The position numbers were made by a program, and so were the translations under genes. The notes below the pieces were generated by a model. The model saw only the letters and a list, made by a program, of their open reading frames with translations. It made no database searches and was not told the origin of the DNA. A DNA stretch of 64,000 bases. Origin: an uncultured Pseudomonadota bacterium (GTDB lineage: Bacteria; Myxococcota_A; UBA796; CAJQPC01). Position 1 is the first letter of the stretch. Each line of letters begins with the position of its first letter. The stretch is from positions 51,478 through 115,477 of the forward strand of contig CAJXRZ010000001.1 of the NCBI GenBank assembly GCA_913060515.1. The letters run 5' to 3'. Positions 54,490 through 63,582 of this stretch are shown piece after piece.

Positions 54490-56787
54490 ATGTCCGAACC
54501 TCTGCATCTCCAAGGCCTCAATCCACCCCAACGCCAGGCGGTGGAGACCCTACGCGGGCCTTTGTTGATCCTCGCTGGAGCGGGCTCGGGCAAGACCCGG
54601 GTGTTGACCCGGCGCATCGCCCACATGCTGCAGCAAGGGGTCTACCCCTCTCAGATCTTTGCGGTCACCTTCACCAACAAGGCGGCCTCGGAGATGAAGG
54701 AGCGCGTGGCGGAGCTCATCGGAGATCAGGCGCGTCGGGTTTGGGTGTCCACCTTTCACTCCTCCTGCGTGCGCATCCTGCGAACCGATGCGGTGCACCT
54801 TGGCTACACCGGCAACTTCGTCATCTACGACGACGATGATCAGATGCGGCTGCTCAAGCAGATCGGGAAGGATCTGAACCTCGATCCCAAGCGCGTGCCC
54901 CCCAAGGCCATTCGTCGGATGATGGACGATGCCAAGAACAAGCTCCTGGAGCCTGACGATCTAGAGTCGGAGGGACGCACCGATGCGGTGAAGATCAAGG
55001 TCTGGCGGCTGTACGAGCAGCGCATGAAGGGCGCCAACGCCATGGACTTCAACGACCTGATCAACAACGTGGTCAAGGTCTGGCGGGCCAACCCGCAGGT
55101 GCTGGAGAAGTGGCAGCGCCGCCTGCGCTACTTGATGGTCGATGAGTACCAGGACACCAACCGCTCCCAGTACGAGCTGATCAAGCTGCTCTCCGGTGGC
55201 CCCAGCGGCAACCTGGCGGTGGTGGGCGATGACGACCAGAGCATCTACGCCTTCCGCGGGGCGGATATCACCAACATCCTGAACTTCGAGAAGGACTTTC
55301 CTGGGGCCACGGTCGTCAAGTTGGAGCAGAACTATCGCTCCACCTCCCGCATCCTTCAGGCGGCCATGACGGTGGTCAAGCGCAACAGTCAGCGAAAGGA
55401 CAAGACGCTGTGGACGGACAAGGGGGACGGCTCCATTCTGCGCATCATCGTTGGGCGAGATGAGCAGTCCGAGGCGGACCGGGTCGCCCAGGACATCCAG
55501 GCCAAGATGAGGGAGGGGCGTAAAGCGGAAGAGATCGCCATCATCTACCGCACCAACGCGCGCTCTCGGCCCTTTGAGCAGATCTTCCAGCGCATGCGCA
55601 TCCCCCACGTTTTGGTAGGCGCGCGCAAGTTCTACCAACGCCGCGAAGTGCGCGACATGCTCGGATACCTCAAGCTTATCGCCAACCCATCCGATGAGAT
55701 GGGCCTGCTGCGGGTGCTCAACGTGCCTCGACGCGGACTCGGAGACAAGGCCGTGCAGACCTTGAGAGCGCATCAGGTCAACAAGGGCATCACCTTGTTC
55801 CAAGCCACCCGGGAGCTGTCCGGGATGGGGGGACGTGCCGGCAAGGGCTACAAGTCCTTCGTCTCGCTGATCGATGGCGCCAGTGAGCACCTGAGGGACC
55901 ACACCGCGGGCGAGGTCGTGATCTACCTGGCCAAGGAGTCCGGCTACTGGACCATGCTGGAGGCCGAGGACACGGACGAGGCCAGGGGCCGTCTGCAGAA
56001 CATCCGAGCCCTCGCTGAAGACGTGGACCAAGACGAGGAGCTGGATCAGTCCTACGACGAGGAGGGCAACCCGGTGGTCTTGGACAACAGCCCGCTCTCC
56101 CGTCTCCAGCGCTTCTTGGATCGCGCCACTCTGTCCGGTCAAGCCGAGGAGCTGCCCCAAGACGGCGGGCAAGTGACTCTAATGACCTGCCACCTGAGCA
56201 AGGGGCTGGAGTACCCGGTGGTCTACGTGGTTGGAATGAACGAGGGTGGCTTCCCGCTGCTGCGGGAGGACTTCACCGAAGAGCAGGTAGAAGAAGAGCG
56301 CCGCTTGGTCTACGTGGCCTTCACGCGCGCCATGGACGAGTTGGTGATCTCGCGCAGCTTGACGCGCATTGTCTACGGACGTGGCATCGAACGCTGCAGC
56401 CCTTCTCGCTTCCTGGGAGACGTTCCACCCGAGCTGCTGCAGGGTGGAACCGGGCGGGCGCGAAAGCGCCCCGTGCGCAACGCGGCCGATCAGCTCGCTC
56501 GCACACAGGCCTTCTTGGCCAAGCACGGCGGCGCTCGGAGTCGCCCGAGCGCGCCCAAGCCCCAGGCCAAAAGAGCGGCCCACTCCGATGAGACCCGCAT
56601 CACGCGCGAGGTCCGGAGCCTAGAAGACCTTCAGGTTGGAACGCGGATCCTTCACGGAGACTACGGCGAGGGAGTGATTCGAAACCGGACTGGAGACGCT
56701 AAGAATCCCAAGCTGACGGTGGAGTTTGGACAGCACAAGCGCAAGACTTTGTTTGCCCGCTACGCCAGCTTGGAGATCGTGGAGTGA
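54490..56787 (+). CDS. uvrD: ATP-dependent DNA helicase UvrD/PcrA
   Basis: LNPPQRQAV...AGAGSGKTRVLTRRIAHML, helicase motifs I-VI. Confidence 0.95.
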   Translation: MSEPLHLQGLNPPQRQAVETLRGPLLILAGAGSGKTRVLTRRIAHMLQQGVYPSQIFAVTFTNKAASEMKERVAELIGDQARRVWVSTFHSSCVRILRTDAVHLGYTGNFVIYDDDDQMRLLKQIGKDLNLDPKRVPPKAIRRMMDDAKNKLLEPDDLESEGRTDAVKIKVWRLYEQRMKGANAMDFNDLINNVVKVWRANPQVLEKWQRRLRYLMVDEYQDTNRSQYELIKLLSGGPSGNLAVVGDDDQSIYAFRGADITNILNFEKDFPGATVVKLEQNYRSTSRILQAAMTVVKRNSQRKDKTLWTDKGDGSILRIIVGRDEQSEADRVAQDIQAKMREGRKAEEIAIIYRTNARSRPFEQIFQRMRIPHVLVGARKFYQRREVRDMLGYLKLIANPSDEMGLLRVLNVPRRGLGDKAVQTLRAHQVNKGITLFQATRELSGMGGRAGKGYKSFVSLIDGASEHLRDHTAGEVVIYLAKESGYWTMLEAEDTDEARGRLQNIRALAEDVDQDEELDQSYDEEGNPVVLDNSPLSRLQRFLDRATLSGQAEELPQDGGQVTLMTCHLSKGLEYPVVYVVGMNEGGFPLLREDFTEEQVEEERRLVYVAFTRAMDELVISRSLTRIVYGRGIERCSPSRFLGDVPPELLQGGTGRARKRPVRNAADQLARTQAFLAKHGGARSRPSAPKPQAKRAAHSDETRITREVRSLEDLQVGTRILHGDYGEGVIRNRTGDAKNPKLTVEFGQHKRKTLFARYASLEIVE

Positions 56788-56857
56788 GCCCCCGTACTTC
56801 TAAGGCTGCGCATGCGGTGGTAGCCTGAAGCCTATGGTTAGTGGTGACGCAACACGC

Positions 56858-58294
56858 ATGATCGTGACCTGCCCCGAATGCGCGGCAAGGTACAAGCTGG
56901 ACAGCTCTCGGGTCTCGGCCCGCGGAGCCCGAATCACGTGCCCCAGGTGCAAGCACGTCTTCGTTGTCTATCCGAGTCAGGGAGAACCTGGCTCCACCAC
57001 ATTGACCCCAACGGGCTTCCAGGAGCAGAGCGATGCGGCCCTGCCTGCAGCGTCTCCTTCGGTCCCTGCGCCGGCTCCCGCGGCCAAGAAGAGTCGTCGG
57101 CGGGCCAGTGATCTGGACTTCCGCAAGGTGGGAATCGGCTCGTGGAAGGTACGGGTCAAGATTGGATTGGTCTACGACTTCTCCGACATCAAGACGCTGC
57201 GCAAGTACATCGCCGATGGACGGGTCACTCCCGAGGACGTGATCTCCCACGACGGCTCAACTTGGGTGCCCATCGGCGACATCCCGGATCTAGACGCCTA
57301 CTTCGTAGAGGTCTACGAGCGCGCCGAAGCCGGGGCCTCTGAGCCGGAGGAAAAGCCCGCTACGCCAGCTGCGGCTCCACCATCCCACGACCATGCATTC
57401 CAAGAAGAAGATCCCACGCGAATCATGCGCGTGGGCGGCGGACTGGGCTCCAACTTGGCTGCTCAAACCTTGGCGGCAGCAGCCGCAGAGGCCGCTCAAG
57501 CAGAGGCCGCTCCGTCCAGCAACGGTGCCCGCCCATTTGTAGATCCCTTCGCCCAGCTCAAGGAAGAGAAGCGTCGGCGACCTGCTGCAAAGCGTGCTCC
57601 TGCTCCCGAGGAGGCCCCCAGGTCCAAGGCCTTGCCTGTCCTGGCGGCCGTGCTGGTTCTCGCCGTCATTGGGCTGGGAGCTTGGTGGTACCTCACTCAG
57701 CCCGAAACTCCTGTGATTCTGCCAAACCAGGGTCCAGAGAACAGCGCGGAGCTGGACAAGGCAAGACAGAACGCGGCATCGGAGCTGGAGAAGCTGGACG
57801 AGGAGCTGCGCCGAGATCTGGAGCGCTCCAAGGCCGAGGATGCTCAGCGTGAGGATCCGGACAAGCTGGTGCCAGTCGGTCCACGGGGTCCAGGTCCCGG
57901 CCTGCGTCCCGTGGTGCCCGACAAGCTGCCGCAGCAAGGCGGGGACACCATCGCGGTGGACCATGGCGCCCTCTGCAAGGCCGCCGCCGGCCGTGGTGAT
58001 TGGAGCTCAGCCGTTGCCTCGTGTAGCTCGGCGACCCAGTCCAATGGTCGCGACATGAGCGCCCACGTCAACTACGGCATCGCGCTCTTTGAGACCGGAA
58101 AGACCGACGGCGCGCGGGTGCAGCTCAACCAGGCCAAGAGCCTGGGCAGCCGCGATGCGCGCATCGAGAAGTACTTGGGACACATCGCAAGAAAGCAGGG
58201 CGATGTCTTTGGCGCCAACGCGCACTACCAGGCCTACTTGGCGACCTCGCCCCGTGACGCCGCTGCGATTGAATCTCTAATGCAGGGGGGCTAG
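56858..58294 (+). CDS. MJ0042-type zinc-ribbon + GYF-like (DUF4339) + TM + coiled coil + C-terminal TPR protein
   Basis: MIVTCPECAARYKL...ITCPRCKHVFVV; GSWKVRVKIGLVYDFSDIKTLRKYIADGRVTPEDVISHDGSTWVPIGD; TM LPVLAAVLVLAVIGLGAWWYL; TPR-like C-terminus. Alternative ATG at 56834. Confidence 0.75.
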   Translation: MIVTCPECAARYKLDSSRVSARGARITCPRCKHVFVVYPSQGEPGSTTLTPTGFQEQSDAALPAASPSVPAPAPAAKKSRRRASDLDFRKVGIGSWKVRVKIGLVYDFSDIKTLRKYIADGRVTPEDVISHDGSTWVPIGDIPDLDAYFVEVYERAEAGASEPEEKPATPAAAPPSHDHAFQEEDPTRIMRVGGGLGSNLAAQTLAAAAAEAAQAEAAPSSNGARPFVDPFAQLKEEKRRRPAAKRAPAPEEAPRSKALPVLAAVLVLAVIGLGAWWYLTQPETPVILPNQGPENSAELDKARQNAASELEKLDEELRRDLERSKAEDAQREDPDKLVPVGPRGPGPGLRPVVPDKLPQQGGDTIAVDHGALCKAAAGRGDWSSAVASCSSATQSNGRDMSAHVNYGIALFETGKTDGARVQLNQAKSLGSRDARIEKYLGHIARKQGDVFGANAHYQAYLATSPRDAAAIESLMQGG

Positions 58295-58299
58295 GCGCC

Positions 58300-60123
58300 T
58301 TGCGGCTGTCCTGTCCCAGTTGCACGACTGAGTTTGAACTTCGGCCTCCGGGCGGAGGTCGTCAACGTGCCCGCGTCCAATTCCGCTGCACTGAGTGCGG
58401 CACCCTCTTGGGCGCTGACAATCTGAAGCTGGAAGATGGAGAGGACCCGCCCTCGGAGATGCCCAGCGTCTCTGGCCCGGTGCCTTTTGGCGCGGACGCC
58501 GGCTCGGTCACAGGGGCGCTGCCCTTTGAGCCCCCGGCCGATCCTGTGGTGCGACGCTTCCAGGAAGAGATGGCCCAAGTGGCCAACGAGCCTGACCTGG
58601 TCGAGGGCGAAGGCGCTCTGATCAAGCAGGAAGGCAAGGTCTACCATGTGCGCAACGCTGCCACGGTGCAGCGCTGGATCGTGGAACGGCGCGTGCTAAG
58701 AGACGACTTGATCTCCACCGGCGGCGCCGGTTGGGAGCCTGTTGGCCAGCACCCCGATCTGGAGATCTTCTTCCAGATGGTCGAGCGCCTGGACCAGCTC
58801 GAGCAGGCGGGAGTCTCTGCCCATAGCGTTGGCCCCCCGGTGCCCGATGGCGCTGCCTTGGGCAATGCCTGGTCAGACCGTGAGCTAGAAGACCCCGATG
58901 AGTCTTCTTTGGAGATGCCCGACGAGGAAGAAGAGGAAGAGGAGGAGTCGGACTTGAGCTCGGCGCCTTCGGAATTCCCCAGCGATACGCCCATCGAGCC
59001 CCTGGTGGGGCTGGACACTCTGCCGGATGTCTCTCCGGATGGGCCTACCTTGGGCTACGACGAGCTCGTCGGTGACCCAGACAGCGATGTAGCGCCGCTT
59101 CCCTTCGCTCTGCGCTCGGCCATCCGGAACGATGCCTCTCAGCCAGCGATGGTGACGGTGCCAGAAGTGGAGGCGACCGAAGAGGCGCCACTGCCTGACG
59201 AGCCGGGCTTGATCGGCATGGTGGGCACGGATGACGAGGTGACCCAAGGGAAGATGGCCTCGCCGACACCGGAACTGCCGCCCATTGCACCGCTTCCGGT
59301 GGCGATTGGACCCGGCAGGGGTTTCGATGAGCAGGCCTTCTTCGAGGCTGAGCTCGAACCTCTGAAGATTCCGGACCCCGAGTCCACCGTCAAGATGGAG
59401 CCGGAGCCAGCCGGTCCGGATGTGTTGGCGTGGGAAGAGGAGCGCGGCGAGCGCCGTATGCGCTGGGGACTGCGCATCGGTGTGGTCTTGGTGCTCTTGC
59501 TCATTGGGGCCGTGTATTGGGTCACCCGGCTTCCTCCGGAGCCCGGCCCCCAGCCGCTGGCGACCGTGCAAGATGGACCCGAGGGTGAAGCGGGCACGAC
59601 CCCGGATCCCACAGGGGAGCAGGGAGAGCTTCCACTGGACCCAGAGGCTGCCGACAAGGCTGCTGCTGAAAAGATTGGTGCGGGCATGGCTCTGGCCGAC
59701 AAGGCCGCAGCCGAGCAAGCGACCGCCGACAAGGCTGCTGCCGACAAAGCTGCCGCCGACAAGGCTGCCGCCGACAAGGCTGCCGCCGACAAGGCTGCCC
59801 GTGACAAGGCCCGAGACAAAGAGCGCCGCGCGAGCACCTCTGCTCCCGCAGAGCGAAAAGCGCCCGTGAACACGGACAAGGGTTGGAGCGCGGTGCAGTC
59901 CGGGGACTACAACCAAGCGCGTCTGGTCTTTGTCGAAGCGGTCGCAGCCAAACCCGGGGACGCCGACGCGCACTTCGGCTTGGGTTATGCCGCTCATCGA
60001 CAGGGGGATGACGCTACCGCCATCCGCCACTACTGCAAGGCCTTGAAGCTGGCCCCGGGGAACCGGGAGATCCAGCAAGAGGCGACTTCCCTATTGTCCA
60101 GTTTAGACGCAACTTGTTCTTAG
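58300..60123 (+). CDS. Paralogous zinc-ribbon + GYF-like + acidic linker + TM + (AADKA)n repeat + TPR protein
   Basis: TTG start; MRLSCPSCTTEF...FRCTECGTLLG; GKVYHVRNAATVQRWIVERRVLRDDLISTGGAGWEPV; TM GLRIGVVLVLLLIGAVYWV; TPR-like HFGLGYAAHRQGDDATAIRHYCKALKLAP. Confidence 0.7.
   Translation: MRLSCPSCTTEFELRPPGGGRQRARVQFRCTECGTLLGADNLKLEDGEDPPSEMPSVSGPVPFGADAGSVTGALPFEPPADPVVRRFQEEMAQVANEPDLVEGEGALIKQEGKVYHVRNAATVQRWIVERRVLRDDLISTGGAGWEPVGQHPDLEIFFQMVERLDQLEQAGVSAHSVGPPVPDGAALGNAWSDRELEDPDESSLEMPDEEEEEEEESDLSSAPSEFPSDTPIEPLVGLDTLPDVSPDGPTLGYDELVGDPDSDVAPLPFALRSAIRNDASQPAMVTVPEVEATEEAPLPDEPGLIGMVGTDDEVTQGKMASPTPELPPIAPLPVAIGPGRGFDEQAFFEAELEPLKIPDPESTVKMEPEPAGPDVLAWEEERGERRMRWGLRIGVVLVLLLIGAVYWVTRLPPEPGPQPLATVQDGPEGEAGTTPDPTGEQGELPLDPEAADKAAAEKIGAGMALADKAAAEQATADKAAADKAAADKAAADKAAADKAARDKARDKERRASTSAPAERKAPVNTDKGWSAVQSGDYNQARLVFVEAVAAKPGDADAHFGLGYAAHRQGDDATAIRHYCKALKLAPGNREIQQEATSLLSSLDATCS
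59694..59820. repeat. 15-nt tandem repeat (gccgacaaggctgcc)n encoding (AADKA)n
   Basis: At least 7 near-identical consecutive units in the sequence. Confidence 0.7.
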
Positions 60124-60135
60124 AAGGTGTACGCC

Positions 60136-60453
60136 ATGCCCCATCGCAACAACCCCGAAGAAGAAGAGTACTTCGCCCGCTTGGATGCGGAGAAGAAGGC
60201 CGCGCTGCGCAAGCGCTTGAACGTTGAGCACGCGGCTCAGGCCGCAGAGGAGCGCAAGGAGCGCCACTTCATGCACTGCGGAAAGTGTGGCGGACCGATG
60301 GCCCCCAAGCTCTTCAAGGGCGTGGAAGTCGACGTTTGCGGCGACTGTGGCGCTGTTCTGCTCGATCCTGGCGAGCTGGAGCAGCTCGCCGGTGAAGAGA
60401 GCCACGGCTTGGAGAACCTTGCGGCCTTCTTCGGCCTCAGCAAGGACGACTGA
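60136..60453 (+). CDS. zf-TFIIB-type zinc-ribbon domain protein
   Basis: HCGKCGGPMAPKLFKGVEVDVCGDCGAVLLDPGELEQL C4 ribbon; ATG 60136 with AGAAGG SD. Confidence 0.7.
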   Translation: MPHRNNPEEEEYFARLDAEKKAALRKRLNVEHAAQAAEERKERHFMHCGKCGGPMAPKLFKGVEVDVCGDCGAVLLDPGELEQLAGEESHGLENLAAFFGLSKDD

Positions 60454-60822
60454 GTGGATCTGGACTTTAAGCGCATCTCGGAGCGGGCTGGCCTTCAGGT
60501 TGAGCCGCAGCTGGAGTCTGCGCTTCAAGTCCAGGTCGACGCCTTGGCTGGCTATGCCAAGGCCTTGGGCGGACTGGAGCTGCCCGAGCACATCTCCGAG
60601 TCCCCAGCCATGCCGCTGCGACGTGATGTCGCCATGCCCGTGCCCAGCGCTCCGGTGCTCAAAGGCTTGGCCCGTCAGGGCGACCAGGTGCGGCTCCCGG
60701 GCGTTCCCCATGCCGAGAAGCGCAAAGTCGCCCGCGAGATCCGGCCGACGCGCATCGAACGGGTCTCCGACGGCAAGGAACTCCAGCTTCCCAGCTGGCC
60801 GCCCACTCGGGAGGACGCGTGA
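60454..60822 (+). CDS. gatC: Asp/Glu-tRNA amidotransferase subunit C with C-terminal extension
   Basis: GTG start; GatC-like helical N-terminus (I.E...L..L...E.E......L); immediately upstream of gatA and coupled to it. Confidence 0.65.
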   Translation: MDLDFKRISERAGLQVEPQLESALQVQVDALAGYAKALGGLELPEHISESPAMPLRRDVAMPVPSAPVLKGLARQGDQVRLPGVPHAEKRKVAREIRPTRIERVSDGKELQLPSWPPTREDA

Positions 60823-62201
60823 GTCTCACTGAGCTGGCCGCCCAGGTTCAAAGTCAAAGCCAGAGCGCGCGCAGTCTGAGCGAGGCGGCCCTCGCCCGCT
60901 TGGAGGCGGCCTCGGGCCTCAAGGCTACGGCTTGGTGTGTGCCGGACGCCGCCCTGATCCAGGCGGACGCGCTCGATCGCCTCTGCGGCATGCAAAAGGA
61001 CGCCGGCCCCTTGGCTGGGGTGCCTGTCGCCATCAAGGCCAACATCGCCGTCGAAGGCATGCCCATGGACTGCGCGAGCGCTTCTTTGCAGGGCTACAAG
61101 GCGCCGGCCACAGCACGCGCCGCCTACCTGTTGCAGAACGCTGGAGCGGTCTTGCTCTGCGGGGCCAACATGGACGAGCTGGCCATCGGCACCACCGGGC
61201 AGCACAGCGTGCATGGTGCGACGGGCAACCCGCTCGCGCCTGGGCATGTGCCTGGTGGTTCCAGCTCAGGCTCAGCAGCCCTGGTCGCTGCTGGGGTCGT
61301 TCCCCTCGCTTTGGGGACAGACAGTGGTGGATCCGTTCGGCAGCCCGCAGCGTGGTGTGGCGTGGTTGGAGCGGTAGGCACCTGGGGTCGGGTGAGTCGC
61401 AGCGGCGTGATGGCCCATGCCAGCTCCTTTGACCGGGTTGGCGTGCTCAGTCAGAGCGTTGCCGATGCGGCCTTGGCCATGGAGATTCTCTCCGGTCCCG
61501 ACTCTCAGGACGCCAGCGCAGCCGAGCGGGACTTGCCCGTGTTGCTCAAGGCGGCCTCGAGCGGCGTCGAGGGCATGAAGATCGGCGTGCTGAAGCAAGC
61601 CCAGGCGATGGCCGATGCCTCTGTTTGGGAGGCGACACAAGCCACCGTAGAGGGGCTTCAGAGCCAAGGTGCCACGGTAAAAGTGCTCTCCTTGCCCGAG
61701 CTTGAGCTCGCCTTGCCCTGCTATCGGGTGCTCGCCGCCGTCGAGGCCATCTCGAACTTGGCTCGGATCGACGGCATGCGCTTTGGGCTCAAGGCCCAGG
61801 GCGAAGGATTCCATCAGGCCTTGGCTCAGGCGCGCTCGACGGGCTTTGGTCCTGGAGTCAAGGAGCGCCTGCTCCTGGGCAGCTACCTGGCTGAGCACTC
61901 AGCGGATCTGGTGGAGCCTTCCAGGCGGCTGCGGGCCTTCCTCAAGCTGGCGCTCTTTCAGCTCTTGGGCCAGGTCGATGCCATCGTGATGCCGACCACA
62001 CCTGGGCTTCCTCTTGCAGTCGGTCAGCAGGACGGTGGGACCTCTGACGCCTTTACGGTGCTCTCCAGCTTGGCCGGTGTGCCGTCCATCTCCGTGCCCA
62101 TCGGGCGGGTACAGGGGCTTCCCGTTGGGGCACAGGTGCTCTCAAGACTCTGGGACGAGCGCAGCGCCTTCCGTCTCGCAGGGGCCATGGAATCCCTCTA
62201 A
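60819..62201 (+). CDS. gatA: Glu-tRNA(Gln) amidotransferase subunit A (amidase signature family)
   Basis: GGSSSGSAALVAAG...LGTDSGGSVRQPAA amidase signature; GTG start overlaps gatC stop (GTGA). Confidence 0.9.
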   Translation: MSLTELAAQVQSQSQSARSLSEAALARLEAASGLKATAWCVPDAALIQADALDRLCGMQKDAGPLAGVPVAIKANIAVEGMPMDCASASLQGYKAPATARAAYLLQNAGAVLLCGANMDELAIGTTGQHSVHGATGNPLAPGHVPGGSSSGSAALVAAGVVPLALGTDSGGSVRQPAAWCGVVGAVGTWGRVSRSGVMAHASSFDRVGVLSQSVADAALAMEILSGPDSQDASAAERDLPVLLKAASSGVEGMKIGVLKQAQAMADASVWEATQATVEGLQSQGATVKVLSLPELELALPCYRVLAAVEAISNLARIDGMRFGLKAQGEGFHQALAQARSTGFGPGVKERLLLGSYLAEHSADLVEPSRRLRAFLKLALFQLLGQVDAIVMPTTPGLPLAVGQQDGGTSDAFTVLSSLAGVPSISVPIGRVQGLPVGAQVLSRLWDERSAFRLAGAMESL

Positions 62202-62574
62202 AGACTGGGCTGGCCCAGCTTCTGCTGAATTTTTCCGTGTGGCGTGAACGTCCAAGAACTCGTATGACTACGTAGTCCAGTGGCACGAGTCTTCAAAGCG
62301 CTCACCAGCCTATATTCTTGAGTCAGAGGGCGCGCTGTGGTGCACGCGCGCGAGGCGAAGAAGGCTCTAAATCCAGTCTGGAAGGCGATTGACGGGGACT
62401 GGTCTGTGTGCCGGAGGGGATGCGCTTGGCTGCGGGTTGCTGCGAGCAAACCCTGTACAGCCTGTCCTATGACCTCCAGAAAGTTGCGGGCCCATTTCTC
62501 AGGAATCACCGTTCCATAAATCGCATTGCGAGAAGCCATCCCTGCATGGCCAGTGTGGGTGGAGAAAACAAACT

Positions 62575-63543
62575 ATGACCGGCCCAGATTGGACCTTCGG
62601 TCCCCTGGTGCGGGCACTCGCCCTTGGACTGCACGCCCAGAACCCTTCGCTCATCCATCCTCTCGCGCTGCGAAGCGGGAGCGGCAGACTGGATGAGAGC
62701 CTCGCTGTTCTCTTGAAACGGGCTCTGCCAATGGGTGGGGCTCCGGCCATCATCCGGGCCATTGATCTCGGCATGGATCGGGCTGGCTCGATGGCCATTC
62801 ATTCGGTCGCTACTCGCAGCACCGATCCAAAGCAGTTGGCGGCCAAGTGGCAGCGTTTGGAACGCTACGCCATGGGCGAGCTGGTCACAGACTTTGACTC
62901 CAATACCGACGCGAACACGCTGTCTTGGACGGTGAATGACTCGGAGACTGAGGCCTCTGGCTCGGGCTTGTCTCTGTTCATCGCCGGCAGCCTGCTGGCT
63001 CTGGCCAGTCGAATGGGCTGTCAGGGGCTGAGCTTCAGCGCAGACGGTGTGCGTCTCTACGGCGCCCAGGGCAGCCGATCTGCGGTGGCCCAGCACAACG
63101 CTGAGCGCTTTGAGATCCACTGGGAGCGCTTCCAGGCCCGCAAGCCCAACCCCGTCGACGTGCCCAGGCAGGGGGGCTCGGATCCCACGGGGGCCGTGCG
63201 CCGTGCGACGGCACTCATCGCAGCTGACCCTGCGAGAAGCTGGGCTTTGGACGACGTAGGTGAGACCCTGCGCCTCTCCCGTCGCACCCTCCAGCGGCGA
63301 CTCTCTACTGCGGATCTGGACTTTCCCGGCTTGGTTCGCGCCATCCGGGTGCACTACGCAACCCAGCTCATCCGCGGCGGCCGCTCCTTGAACGAGGTCG
63401 CATTCCTGTGTGGCTTTGCAGATGCGGCCCACTTCTCCCGTACCTTCCGGCGCGTGATGGGCATGCCCCCAAGCCGCTACCGGGATTTGAACGACCGAGA
63501 CAGCGGCGTGCTGCGGGAGATCCGGGCCTCATTGGTTCCTTAG
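62575..63543 (+). CDS. AraC-family transcriptional regulator
   Basis: C-terminal HTH_AraC (LRLSRRTLQRRL...FLCGFADAAHFSRTFRRVMGMPPSRYR); GGAG SD upstream of ATG. Confidence 0.85.
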   Translation: MTGPDWTFGPLVRALALGLHAQNPSLIHPLALRSGSGRLDESLAVLLKRALPMGGAPAIIRAIDLGMDRAGSMAIHSVATRSTDPKQLAAKWQRLERYAMGELVTDFDSNTDANTLSWTVNDSETEASGSGLSLFIAGSLLALASRMGCQGLSFSADGVRLYGAQGSRSAVAQHNAERFEIHWERFQARKPNPVDVPRQGGSDPTGAVRRATALIAADPARSWALDDVGETLRLSRRTLQRRLSTADLDFPGLVRAIRVHYATQLIRGGRSLNEVAFLCGFADAAHFSRTFRRVMGMPPSRYRDLNDRDSGVLREIRASLVP

Positions 63544-63582
63544 GGCAGTCAACGGAGTAGGCTGGGACTTCAAGGAGTGCCG

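Noticed and set aside
62198-62539. 113-aa minus ORF in the gatA-AraC intergenic region
   Set aside because: Third codon positions are not GC-biased, unlike every confident gene here; it lies in an AT-richer regulatory region.
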